Positions 1-10,000 are shown, numbered from the whole stretch's first letter. The stretch: 53,235 bases of DNA, filler included, from Sphingomonadaceae bacterium (GCA_050261575.1; 3 parts of 3 records of this genome joined end to end with filler, not necessarily neighbours in it); one strand, 5' to 3'. Program-made: numbers and translations. The notes: generated by a model not told the origin, from the letters alone.

Positions 1-2
1 TG

Positions 3-1991
3 GAGAACATCTACCGTCACATGAAGCAGGGGGAGAGCCCCTGGACGGCGGCCCTGAACGGGCGTGCCGAGATCGGGGCGGCGGCGGTGGCCATCACCCT
101 GGTGGACGTGGTCGTGTACACACCCATCGCCTTCTCCACGGGGATGACTGCCCAGTTCTTCAAGGAGTTCAGCGGGGCGATCGTGGTGGCCACCCTCTTC
201 TCCCTGCTGGTCTCCTTCACCCTGACGCCGATGCTGGCCTCTCGCTGGCTGACGGCCGATGCCGAGGAGCGCTCGCCGCTCGCCCCGGTGTGGCGGCGAT
301 GGGAGGCGGGTTACGAGGCCCTCGAGGCAGGCTACCGGCGCATCCTGGACAGGGCCCTGCGACTCCGGTGGCTCGTCTTGCTGGTCGGCTTCCTAGCCTT
401 CGTCGGCGGCATCGCCCTGCTGGCGGTCGGAGCAGTGGGCAGTGAGTTCATGACACAGTCGGACCAGGGCATGCTCTCCGTCTCTGTGGAGATGCCTGCC
501 GGAACCTCGCTTTCGGCGACCAACCAGGCAGTAGAGCAGTTAGAGGAGCAGATGGCGAAGCTGCCGGAGATGGACTCCTTCATCTCCCTGGTGGGGCAGG
601 GCGGGGGCCAGGCCCGGTCGGCCACCATATTCGCGAGCCTGAAGCCTCGGGCCCAACGGTCCCGAGGCGATGGACAGGTGGCGGAGGAGATCCGCAGAAT
701 GGCCGCCTCTATCCCCGGCATGAAGGGGCAGGTGCTGCAGGCCAGCTTCGTCAGCTTCGGCACCCAGGCCATCCAGATCTCGGTAAGGGGCGGTGACATG
801 GCCCATCTCACCAGTCTGGCCGGCCAGGTGGAGGAGATCGTACGGAGGACCCCGGGCACTATCGACGTCACCAACGGAGCCGCAGTGGCATCGCCCGAAC
901 TGCGGGTGGAGATCGACCATCAGAAGCTCTCGGACCTGGGGCTGACGACCGCCCAGGTTGCCTCGGCCCTGCGAACTGCCCTGGACGGGACAGTGGCAAC
1001 GGAGTTGCGGCGCGAGAACGAGGACAAGGTGGACATCCGAGTGCTGTATGCCCCCGAGGCGGGAAGCTCTCAGATCGCCTCCATGCCAGACATTCCGCTG
1101 ACCTCGGTACGCGGCACCCAGGTGAGACTGAGCCAGGTGGCGAAGGTCGTGCCGGTGGAGGGTCCCTCGGAGATCGGGCGCGTGGACCGGATGCGCCAGG
1201 TGCTCGTGGGGGCGAACCTGAGCGGCACCCGTCCTCTCGGGGATGTGACCGCGGAATTGCAGCAGAGCATCCAGAAGCTCCCCCTGCCGGCCGGCTACAA
1301 GGTCGTGATGGGCGGAGATGCAGAGGCCCAGGCGGATGCCTTCGGCTCCCTGGGACTGGCGATGCTCTTCTCGGTGGTGTTGATGTACATGCTGATGGTG
1401 GCACTCTACAACTCCCTGGTGTATCCCCTAGTGATCATGGGCGCCCTGCCGGTGGCCTCGGTGGGGGCCATCGGGGCGCTGGCGCTGACCGGCGATACCC
1501 TGAACATCATGTCGCTGGTGGGGCTGATCATGCTGACCGGCCTGGTGGCCAAGAACGCGATCTTGCTGGTGGACTACACCAATACGCTGCGGGCTAAGGG
1601 GTACTCGCGGCTGGAGGCGCTGCTGGAGGCCGGCCCGACCCGACTCCGGCCAATCATCATGACTACTGCGGCCATGGTCTTCGCCATGGTCCCCGTGGCC
1701 CTGAAGATCGGGGAGGGCGCGGAGACCAGGTCGCCCATGGGGGTCGTGGTGATCGGTGGCCTGCTGACCTCGACCCTGCTGACCCTGGTGGTGGTTCCGG
1801 CTGGCTACACGGTGATGGATGACCTCCAGCGGTGGGTGGCCGCGCGGTTCGGACGGAGGGACGAGACGGCCAAGGCCGACGAAGAGAAGGGACAGGAGCA
1901 TCGCGAGCGCTCTCCCTTGTATCAGACGAGTGCGCATCCCCAGAAGACGCTCCCGATGGAGGCCATCAGGGTGCGGGTGGAAGAAGAGTGA
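3..1991 (+). CDS. RND efflux permease, AcrB/AcrD/AcrF family (5'-truncated by window)
   Basis: Frame is open from base 3 (ENIYRHM...). RND motifs SLLVSFTLTPML, GLVAKNAILLVD, RLRPIIMTT, VIGGLLTSTLLTL. Confidence 0.95.
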   Translation, partial: ENIYRHMKQGESPWTAALNGRAEIGAAAVAITLVDVVVYTPIAFSTGMTAQFFKEFSGAIVVATLFSLLVSFTLTPMLASRWLTADAEERSPLAPVWRRWEAGYEALEAGYRRILDRALRLRWLVLLVGFLAFVGGIALLAVGAVGSEFMTQSDQGMLSVSVEMPAGTSLSATNQAVEQLEEQMAKLPEMDSFISLVGQGGGQARSATIFASLKPRAQRSRGDGQVAEEIRRMAASIPGMKGQVLQASFVSFGTQAIQISVRGGDMAHLTSLAGQVEEIVRRTPGTIDVTNGAAVASPELRVEIDHQKLSDLGLTTAQVASALRTALDGTVATELRRENEDKVDIRVLYAPEAGSSQIASMPDIPLTSVRGTQVRLSQVAKVVPVEGPSEIGRVDRMRQVLVGANLSGTRPLGDVTAELQQSIQKLPLPAGYKVVMGGDAEAQADAFGSLGLAMLFSVVLMYMLMVALYNSLVYPLVIMGALPVASVGAIGALALTGDTLNIMSLVGLIMLTGLVAKNAILLVDYTNTLRAKGYSRLEALLEAGPTRLRPIIMTTAAMVFAMVPVALKIGEGAETRSPMGVVVIGGLLTSTLLTLVVVPAGYTVMDDLQRWVAARFGRRDETAKADEEKGQEHRERSPLYQTSAHPQKTLPMEAIRVRVEEE

Positions 1992-2002
1992 GGAGAAGTG
2001 AG

Positions 2003-3838
2003 ATGAGCGTGCGGCAGATAAGGCCGATCAGGACCATGGGGAAGTGGGGATTGCCGCTGGCAGGCGTGGCAGCGGTAGCTATCCTCTGGGGCTTCACCAC
2101 CCGCGTCCAGGGTGCGGAGCAGACGGTCTCTACCTATCAGGGCACCGCGGTAGTGGCGGTGAAGACCGCCCCGGCCAGGGAGGGGCAGATCGCCACCAGC
2201 CTGGCCTACACGGCGGAGGTGAAGGCCACCTCCCAGGTGACGGTGTTGCCCAAGGCCTCGGGGCGGATCGAGAGGATGCTGGTGGATGTGGGGAGCCCCG
2301 TGAGGCAGGGTGACCCGTTGGCCGAACTGGAGGCGGAAGCGCTGAAGGTGCAGGTTGCCCAGGCCAAGGCCAACCTGGCGTCGGTCCAGGCGCGGCTGTC
2401 CAGCATGGAGTCGGGGCCGCGCCGTGAGCAGGTCGCTCAGGCGTGGGCGGCGCTTGAGTCGGCCCAAGCCCGCCACGACACGGTGAAGAAGGGTGCGAAC
2501 GAGGCGGACGTGCAGGCCGCTCAGAGTGCTGTGGACTCGGCGAGAGCGAACCTGCAGATCGCCCAGGCCAGGCTGGAGTCTCTGAAGATCGGGCCCACCC
2601 AGGCGGAATGGGTCGCGGCCGAGGCCTCGGTGAACTCGGCTCGGGCGAACTGGAATGCGGCCCAGGCGTACCTGGACGAGGTGAAGGCTGGCCCCAAGCC
2701 GTCGGAGCTGCAGGCGGCTCAGAACGCGGTGGACGCGGCCCTATCTGCCCTGTACGCGGCGAACGATCGGGTGCAGATCTGGAAGGGGAGCGACCCCGAC
2801 ACCGTGAAGCTGGCCACCGGTGCGACCAGCACCAGCCAGGCGGTTAAGTCCTCGGAGGCAGCCCAGTCGGCCTACAACGCCGCACTCGAGAAGCTGAACC
2901 TGCTGAAGAGCAAGCCGCTGCCGGTGGAGTTGCGGGACGCGGAGAGCAGGGCCGAGGCGGCCAAGGCCGCCTACGAGTCCGCGGCGGCGAAGCTGGAACA
3001 GATGAAGAAGGGGCCCGCCGCCCAGGACCTCCAGCAGGCCGAGGGGGCGGTTGCCGCGGCGGAGGCGGCCCTGGCCAGCGCCGAGGCGAGGCTGAAGCAG
3101 TTGCAGGACGGGCCGACGGCGGAGGATCTCACCGTGGCCGAGGGCGCGCTGACCCAGGCCCAGCAGCAGTACAGCCTGGCGGCGAACCCCTACACGAAGC
3201 ACGACCTGGAGATGGCACGGGCTCAGGTGGCCCAGGCTCAGGCGGCGGTGGATCTGGCGGAGCTGGCCCTCAAGGAGAGCGTGGTAACCAGCCCGGTGGA
3301 CGGCGTGGTGGCGGAGCGGTTCCAGACGGCCGGCAACCTAGTGAGCCCCCAAACGCCGATAGTGAGTGTGGTCTCGGAGGGCGTCGAGCTGCTGCTCGGG
3401 GTGGAGGAGGATCGGATCGGCCAGCTCCGGGAGGGCCAGAAGGCGGAGATCACCGTGGGGGCCTATCCGGACGTCACCTTCCCCGCTGCGGTGGCGGTGG
3501 TCTCCCCGACGGTGGATCCCAAGACCCGGACCTTCCTGGTGAAGGTGCGGCCGGAGGACCCGGAGGGCCGGCTGCGGCCAGGGATGTTCGCTCAGACGAG
3601 GATCGTGACCGAGGAGAAGGGCGGAGCTGTGCTGGTGCCCAAGGAGGCGGTGGTTAGCCGCTCCGGCGAGAGCGTGGTCTTCGTATTGAAGGGTGAAGTC
3701 GCCGAGATGAGGCCGGTGAAGGTGGGCCTCGCCCACAACGGAACGGTGGAGATTGCCGACGGCCTGGAGGCCGGCGAAGAGGTGGTGGTTGCCGGGCAAC
3801 AAGAGTTGCGGGACGGCGACACCGTGAGGAAGTCTTAA
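2003..3838 (+). CDS. RND periplasmic adaptor (HlyD/MFP) with extended coiled coil
   Basis: ATG after GAGGAG. N-terminal TM, lipoyl half-motifs (GRIERMLVDVGSPVRQGDPL; SPVDGVV), beta-barrel LRPGMFA, C-terminal GLEAGEEVVVAG. Confidence 0.93.
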   Translation: MSVRQIRPIRTMGKWGLPLAGVAAVAILWGFTTRVQGAEQTVSTYQGTAVVAVKTAPAREGQIATSLAYTAEVKATSQVTVLPKASGRIERMLVDVGSPVRQGDPLAELEAEALKVQVAQAKANLASVQARLSSMESGPRREQVAQAWAALESAQARHDTVKKGANEADVQAAQSAVDSARANLQIAQARLESLKIGPTQAEWVAAEASVNSARANWNAAQAYLDEVKAGPKPSELQAAQNAVDAALSALYAANDRVQIWKGSDPDTVKLATGATSTSQAVKSSEAAQSAYNAALEKLNLLKSKPLPVELRDAESRAEAAKAAYESAAAKLEQMKKGPAAQDLQQAEGAVAAAEAALASAEARLKQLQDGPTAEDLTVAEGALTQAQQQYSLAANPYTKHDLEMARAQVAQAQAAVDLAELALKESVVTSPVDGVVAERFQTAGNLVSPQTPIVSVVSEGVELLLGVEEDRIGQLREGQKAEITVGAYPDVTFPAAVAVVSPTVDPKTRTFLVKVRPEDPEGRLRPGMFAQTRIVTEEKGGAVLVPKEAVVSRSGESVVFVLKGEVAEMRPVKVGLAHNGTVEIADGLEAGEEVVVAGQQELRDGDTVRKS

Positions 3839-3855
3839 GTCGTAGGTGGACCGCT

Positions 3856-3882
3856 GGGCAGGGGTGGATTCCACCCCTGCCC
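3856..3882. repeat. REP-like palindrome, possible terminator
   Basis: GGGCAGGGGTGG-ATT-CCACCCCTGCCC, perfect 12-bp stem just after the MFP stop. Confidence 0.7.
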
Positions 3883-3898
3883 GGGGTTGAGGGGAACC

Positions 3899-4264
3899 AT
3901 GGAACAACCTGTTCGGATACTGATCGCGGACGATGAGCGCCGGTCTCGCGATGGATTGCGGGCCCTGCTGGCGACCTGCCCGCGGGTGCAGGTGGTGGGC
4001 GAGGCGGCAACCGGCTTGGAAGCGGTGCGGATGGTGGGGGAGCACCGGCCCGAGGTGGTGGTGATGGATGCCAGGATGCCACTACTGGATGGGCTGGAGG
4101 CGACGCGGCGGATCAAGACCAAGTGGCCCAACGTGAAGGTGGTGATCCTCACCTTGTACTCCACCTATCGGGCGGGCGCCCTGGCATCGGGAGCCGATGC
4201 CTTTCTCGTCAAGGGATGCCCGGCCGAGGACCTGCTGGGGGCAGTCTCTGAAGGGTGTGCCTGA
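3899..4264 (+). CDS. Receiver-only response regulator (NarL-like REC domain)
   Basis: ILIADD, VVVMDARMPLLDGLEATRRI, VVILT, GADAFLVKG. Ends without an HTH output domain. Confidence 0.9.
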   Translation: MEQPVRILIADDERRSRDGLRALLATCPRVQVVGEAATGLEAVRMVGEHRPEVVVMDARMPLLDGLEATRRIKTKWPNVKVVILTLYSTYRAGALASGADAFLVKGCPAEDLLGAVSEGCA

Positions 4265-4321
4265 GGCCGGCACCGACCTTCTCTACGCCCTTCTTCGTAC
4301 CCACGGCCGTCTGCTGGCCGG

Positions 4322-4408
4322 TCTGCTTTCGCCGCCTTCAACTCTGCTCGCATGGCCGGGCCGGCGGTGGCGGGACTGGCCATCGGCTGGGTGGGGCTGG
4401 CGGGCTGC
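4322..4408 (+). pseudogene. Short relic of an MFS transporter (EntS/MFS_3-like)
   Basis: Translates to SAFAAFNSARMAGPAVAGLAIGWVGLAGC, resembling the FNxARxxGPAVAGxxIxxxG TM4-TM5 segment. No flanking MFS sequence. Confidence 0.6.
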
Positions 4409-4452
4409 CCGGCCTCCACCCGGGCTGAAACCTTCGGAGGCGCTGAGGAGGG

Positions 4453-5337
4453 CTACCCTCCCACCACCAGCCAGATGCCGAACACAGCGAGCAGGGTTCC
4501 CAACACGATCCGGCGCGAGAACTTCTCCCTCAGGAAGAAGATGGATAGGGGAAGGCCGAAGAGGGGCGCGGTGGATGAGAGGGTCGCCGCTTTGGCGGCG
4601 CCCGCGTAGTGTACCGCGGTCAGGAACATCAACGATGAAAAGGCGCTGAGGACGCCAGCCATCCCCACGACGACGAGAGACCGGCGGCTCAACCCCACTG
4701 GGATACGGCCATGCGATTGGAAGGTATCGAGCCCGAGCAACAGCACCGTGGCGGTGCCCATGCGGACGGCGTTGGCTACGAAGATGTCGACGCTGGCGAG
4801 CCCCACCCTCAGCAAGATCGTGGAGAGCGACCAGCAGGTGGCGGCCAACAGGGCCAGCATCAGCCCCAGCTTTTCGGAGGGTCCTCGGGGGTGCGCGCCG
4901 TGCGCCAGGGGGTTGTAGGGGAAGGCCAGGAGGTAGACCCCGCAGATCACGAGGAGGGTTCCTCCCGCGGCGCCCCAGGTCAGCGGCTCGCCGAGGAAGG
5001 CCACGGCCAGGATCAGCGTCAGCATCGGGTTGATGCTTGAGATGGGCATGGCCCTGGAGGCTCCCAACAGCTTCATGCTTCGGACGAAGACGGCGTCGCC
5101 GACGGTCTGGCCCAGGACTCCGGATGCGAGAATGGCGGCCACTCCCGCCAGCGGCAGTCGTGCGACAGCGCCGGCGTGGCCCAGGAGAACGACGAGCAGG
5201 ACGAGGGTTATCGTCGCGAAGCCGCAGCGCAGCCCGTTCACCACGACCGGGCTGATCTTCTCCGAGAGGGAGCGCATCACGGTGCTGATGACGGCCCAGG
5301 CTGCCGCGCAGCCCAGGCCGCTGAGCTCACCTATCAC
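4453..5337 (-). CDS. DMT/EamA family transporter
   Basis: 294 aa, about 10 TM, two EamA repeats (GASRAMPISSINP...FLGE; GAAKAATLSSTAPLF...FLREK). Confidence 0.92.
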   Translation of the reverse strand: MIGELSGLGCAAAWAVISTVMRSLSEKISPVVVNGLRCGFATITLVLLVVLLGHAGAVARLPLAGVAAILASGVLGQTVGDAVFVRSMKLLGASRAMPISSINPMLTLILAVAFLGEPLTWGAAGGTLLVICGVYLLAFPYNPLAHGAHPRGPSEKLGLMLALLAATCWSLSTILLRVGLASVDIFVANAVRMGTATVLLLGLDTFQSHGRIPVGLSRRSLVVVGMAGVLSAFSSLMFLTAVHYAGAAKAATLSSTAPLFGLPLSIFFLREKFSRRIVLGTLLAVFGIWLVVGG

Positions 5338-5516
5338 AGGGCGGGAACCTCGAGGGCAGGCTTGGCCGGGCTGGGGAGCGGGCTGCCCGGCTCGGCCGGC
5401 CCTTATGATAGCAGGTGATCTCCCCTGGTGCGACCTGTGCAGAGGGAAGCCGCCTTCGGGAGGACTATGCCCGGGGGCGAGCCTTCCCGCAAGGGGTTGG
5501 GCAACAGGAGGACGAA

Positions 5517-5912
5517 ATGCAGTACGACCGATTCGTTGGACTGGTGCAGAGCCGCGCTCGTTTGGGGACCGAGGGCGAGGCCGTGCGTGCCATCCACGCC
5601 ACCTTGGAGACCCTCGGGGAGAGGCTGTTCGGGGGCGAGGCGGACAATCTGGCCGCGCAGTTGCCGGTGGAGATCGGCCACTACCTGAAGGAGCCGGCCA
5701 GCAGCGAGAGCTTCGACCTGGACGAGTTCTATCGGAGAGTCAGCGTGCGGGAGGGGGTGGAGCTGCCTCTGGCGATATTCCACACTCGAGCCGTGATCGA
5801 CACACTGAAGGAAGCGGTCTCCCCGGGTATCCTGGACAAGGTGCTCGACCAACTGCCCGAGGAGTACGACAGGCAGTTGTTCGGGGTGACCACGAAGGGC
5901 CGAATACTCTGA
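5517..5912 (+). CDS. DUF2267 family protein
   Basis: RBS AGGAGG. MQYDRFV...AIHATLETLGERL...EADNLAAQLP...FDLDEFYRRVS...QLPEEY. Confidence 0.85.
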   Translation: MQYDRFVGLVQSRARLGTEGEAVRAIHATLETLGERLFGGEADNLAAQLPVEIGHYLKEPASSESFDLDEFYRRVSVREGVELPLAIFHTRAVIDTLKEAVSPGILDKVLDQLPEEYDRQLFGVTTKGRIL

Positions 5913-5992
5913 GCGTCCGGCCCTCGGCCCGCCGCTACAACGAAAGCGGGAATCCATGTTCGAGGGCAACTGCTTTCGACGCCGAAAGAACC

Positions 5993-6072
5993 GATCCGCA
6001 GACGAACGCAGAATCTCGCAGATACCTGCCCGGGCGGGCTCTACCTGTGCCGGTCTGCGGCATCTGCGGATT
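5993..6072. repeat. ~80-bp CGCAGAT inverted-repeat element, copy A
   Basis: GATCCGCAGACGAACGCAGA...GTCTGCGGCATCTGCGGAT. Arms related to those at 30165 and 33533. Confidence 0.7.
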
Positions 6073-6114
6073 CGTCGGGGTTTCTCGGACGTGCGGGAGG
6101 ACTGGAGCCGGGGA

Positions 6115-6188
6115 CTGAGCAGGTATCTCTAGATAAAGTACACGTTTCCCGCTAGAGAGGTCGGCACGAACTGGAGGTACATGCTCAG
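6115..6188. mobile_element. 74-bp MITE-like element, copy 1
   Basis: Imperfect terminal inverted repeats CTGAGCAGGTATCTC / GAGGTACATGCTCAG. 63/74 identical to the reverse complement of 6896-6969. Confidence 0.75.
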
Positions 6189-6201
6189 CCAGGAGGACGA
6201 G

Positions 6202-6597
6202 ATGAAGTACGATCAGTTCGTGGCTGCGGTTCGCCAGGGGGCGTTCGTGGATTCCGATGAGGAGGCGGAAGCTGCCATCCGCGCCACGCTGGAGACGTTG
6301 AGCGATGTGCTGCCCTGGGAGGAGGCCAACGCGCTGGCTGGGCAGCTTCCGGAGGAGATGGCATCCTACGTCAGGGAGTCTGCCGCCGGAGAGAGCCTGA
6401 GCCTGGACGACTTCCTGAACCGCATCGCGTATCGGGAGGGGGTCGACGTGACTGTCGCCGACATCCACGCGCAGGTGGTGCTTCAGGAGGTGAAGGCCGC
6501 CGTCTCGCCAGGGACTATAGGCAAGATCCTGGGGCGCCTGCCCGAGGGTTACCACAGGCTGTTCCAGCCAGCGGGGCGGCGCGTGCCGAGGTCCTGA
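6202..6597 (+). CDS. DUF2267 family protein (tandem paralog)
   Basis: Same RBS context CAGGAGGACGA. MKYDQFV...AIRATLETLSDVL...EANALAGQLP...LPEGY. Confidence 0.85.
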   Translation: MKYDQFVAAVRQGAFVDSDEEAEAAIRATLETLSDVLPWEEANALAGQLPEEMASYVRESAAGESLSLDDFLNRIAYREGVDVTVADIHAQVVLQEVKAAVSPGTIGKILGRLPEGYHRLFQPAGRRVPRS

Positions 6598-6686
6598 TCC
6601 CATCCTGGCATACGACTTGCTTCGTTAGCACGCCCGCCTGGCGGCGGTATGTGATGAGCCCCTTGGGGTGGAAAGGAGGATGCGCC

Positions 6687-6899
6687 GTGCGCTACGGTTG
6701 GTTGGATTGGACCGCCATCGTTCTGGTCATAATCGGTGCGATCAACTGGGGTCTGATCGGACTGTTCGGCTTCAACCTGGTAGAGGCGCTCTTCGGTTGG
6801 GCTCCCGCGTTGGTATCGATCATATACGTGCTGGTTGGCCTCGCCGGACTGTACTTGATCTACACCGTGAGCAGGACGAGCCGTGTCGTAGCCGACTGA
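6687..6899 (+). CDS. DUF378 (YuzA-like) small membrane protein
   Basis: GTG after AAGGAGG. LVIIGAINWGLIGLFGFNLVEALFG...IIYVLVGLAGLY. Confidence 0.9.
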   Translation: MRYGWLDWTAIVLVIIGAINWGLIGLFGFNLVEALFGWAPALVSIIYVLVGLAGLYLIYTVSRTSRVVAD

Positions 6900-6969
6900 G
6901 CAGGTATCTCCAGTTCATGTCGACTTCTCCAGCGGGAAACGTGCACTCCATCTAGAGATACCTGTTCGG
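6896..6969. mobile_element. 74-bp MITE-like element, copy 2 (inverted)
   Basis: CTGAGCAGGTATCTC...GAGATACCTGTTCGG. Its left end contains the TGA stop of the DUF378 gene. Confidence 0.75.
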
Positions 6970-7005
6970 GCCGGAGACCCGAGCGGGAAGCTCGGGAGCG
7001 GGGAC

Positions 7006-7040
7006 GAGAGCCAGGACCAAACAAGCCGGTCCTGGCTCTC
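7006..7040. terminator. Hairpin between convergent genes
   Basis: GAGAGCCAGGACC / GGTCCTGGCTCTC, 13-bp stem, weak U-tract. Confidence 0.55.
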
Positions 7041-7074
7041 CTGTTGATGCCTGTCCGCGTGGCGCCGCCAGCCC

Positions 7075-10000
7075 CTACGGGATCGGCTCCAGTTCCTCGG
7101 TTCCAGCCTGTATCGAGGACCCGCGGAAGCGATGGGCTATCCACCGGCCGGCGTCGTCGATGAGGCTGTAGGCGACCGGCACCGCCACCAGGGTGAGCAG
7201 GGTGGAGGTGATGAGCCCCCCGATCACGCTGATGCCCATGGGCTGCCGGAGCTCCGCACCGGCGCCGAAGCCGGCGGCCACGGGCACCATTCCGAAGATC
7301 ATCGCGAGGGTGGTCATCAGGATCGGTCGCAGCCTGATTGGTCCCGCCTCCAGGATTGCCTCGTGGACGGAGTGGCCCTGTCTCCTCAACTGGTTGATGA
7401 ACTCCACCAGCAGGATGGAGTTCTTGGTCACCAGCCCCATCAGCAGCAGGATGCCGATCATCGCCAGCATGTCGAGGCTGAAGCGGGCCACGAGCAGCGA
7501 CAGTAGCGCCCCGATGGCGGAGAAGGGCAACGCCAGCATGATGGTGAACGGGTGGATGAAGCTGGCGAACTGGGATGCGAGGATCATGTAGACGAAGACG
7601 ACGGATAGGGCGATGGCTAGGCCCATGGATGCAAATGCCTCGTCCATGAACTTGATGTCTCCAGCCAGCTTCACGCTTACCCCGTCCGGCAGCGGCATGG
7701 CGTCCACGGCCTCCCTGGCCAGGGAGAGCACCGCCCCCAGGTCGCGACCGGCGAAGCCAGCCCCCACCAGCACCTGCCGCTGGCGGTTCTGTCGGTCGAT
7801 CTGGCTCGCCTCGGTGGAGGGCTTGGCGCTGGCCACCGCCGAGAGCGGGACCTGCACCCCCCGAGCCGTGACGATGGGGAGTCGAAGGATCTCGTCGATC
7901 TCGTCCCGATCGGGTTCGGCCAGTCGGACCACGATGTCCACGTCCTTGTCGGCCGCCCGGTAGCTGCCGGCCACCTCGCCGTTGACCAGGGTCCTGACGG
8001 TCGACCCCACCTGGGCGGTGGACACCCCCAGGTCGGTGGCGCGGCCCCGGTCGACGGTGATGACCCGCTCCGGCTGCCCCTCCCGGAGGGATCGGTTGAC
8101 GTCGATCACGCCGGGCACCGTTTGCAGCCGCGCCATCATCTCGGCGGAAACCCGATCGAGCTGCTCCAGGTCCGGTCCCTCGACACTGAACTGGATGGGC
8201 CTGGAGCGCACGGAGCCGATGGCCGGGCTGCTGCCGAAGGCGGCAGTGGTTGCCTGTTTCTCCACCCGCACGGTGACTCCTGAGAGGGCGGCGGCCAACT
8301 GGGGGCGCAGCCGTACCATCGCCTCGTCGGTCCGGCCGAGCGACTTCAGCTTGATGCGGAAGGTGGCCCTATCCACTGGACCGTCGGCGGAGCCGACGGT
8401 GGCCGCCACCTGCTGCACCTCGGGATCGGCCATCAGGATGCGCTCCGCCACCCGGGCGGCCGCGTCGGTGTCCTGCAGCCGCGACCCCGGCTTCAGCTCC
8501 AGTGTCACCATGAACTCCCCCTGGTCTATCACCGGGAGGAAGGAGAAGGTCATCAGCGGGAGGGTGGCCAGGCTGGCAGCCAAGGAGACGAGTGCCACTA
8601 TCACCACCGCGACCCTGTGGTGCAGCGACCAGTCGAGCAGCGAGCGGTAGCCGCGGTGGAGGGCGGAGCGCCGAGGACTGAGGAGTTGGTCCCGGGTGCT
8701 GGGTGCCGTGTTCTGAGCCCTGAGACCTGAGTCCTGCGTGTAGGGGCGGGTCTCAGACCCGCCCTGGTCCTGTGCCCTGGGTGCTCCTTGGCCCTCGGCG
8801 CCGAGCACGGAGTGGCTGCCTTGCACTTGTCGGCGGAAGAAGTAGGCGGAGAGCATGGGAGCCAGGGTGAATGCCTCGACCAGGGAGATCAGCACGGCCA
8901 CCACCACTGTGAGCCCGAACTCCCTCAGGAACCGGCCGGTGATTCCGCCGGTGAAGACGATGGGCAGGAACACGGTGACGATGGTGGAAGTGATGGCCAC
9001 CACCGCCATGGCTATCTCAGCCGTGCCGGTGCGGGCGGCGACCTGGGGCTCCTCCCCCGCCTCCATGTGGCGGAAGATGTTCTCCCGAACGACGATGGCG
9101 TCGTCGATCAGCATGCCGATGGAGAGGGAAAGCGCCATCAGGGTCACGGTGTTGAGGCTGATGCCCATGGAGTAGAGGACGCCGAAGGTGCCGAACACCA
9201 CCACCGGCAAACCCGCCACGGTGACCAGCGTGTTGCGGAGGTCTCGGAAGAAGGCGAAGACGACCACGGCGGCCAGGACACCGCCCAGCAGGAGGGAGAT
9301 CAGCACGTCGTGCACGGACTGGCGGGTGTAGGTGGATTGGTCGTAGCCGATGCCGAAGCTGAGCTCGGGGTACTGGCGCCGCAACGCTTCCATCTCCCGC
9401 TTGACGGCGTCGGCCACCTGAACTAAGTTCGTGCCCGACTGCTTCCGGATCTCGGCCGTCACGCTCTCCTGGCCGTTGAGGCGGGAGATCGATCGGACGT
9501 CCGCGAAGCCCTCGGAGATGTCGGCGAGCTCCCGCAGCTTCACCAGCGCCCCGCGCGGCGTGGGCACGCCGATCTCGCCCAATTCCTCCAGAGAGTGCAC
9601 CCGTCCCTCGGTGCGGAGCAGCTCTTCGGCTCCGCCATCGGTCACTCTGCCGCCCGGCACGTCCAGGTTCTCGCCTCGGATCGCCTGGATCACCTGCTGG
9701 GGCGGCAAGGCGTAGGCTTTCAGCCGGTCCAGCTTGAGGTCCACGTGGACCTCCCTGATCCTTCCTCCGGTGACCTCCAGGGCGGCGACGCCGCTCACGC
9801 GCTCAATCCGCGGCTTCACCACGTCGTCCACCAGGCTACGGAGCTGCTCCGGCGTCCGCTGCCCCGAGCTGTCGGCGATGGAGAGGGTCATCATCGCGGA
9901 GGCCGAGAAGTCCAGCTTGTCCACCACGGGGTCCTCGGCGTCGGCCGGAAGGCTGTTGCGGATGGTGGTTACCCGGTTGCGGACGTCGTCCACCGCCACC

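Noticed and set aside
5340..5516. GC-rich stems upstream of DUF2267 as a riboswitch
   Set aside because: No recognisable aptamer motif. An Rfam/Infernal scan would be needed to support it.
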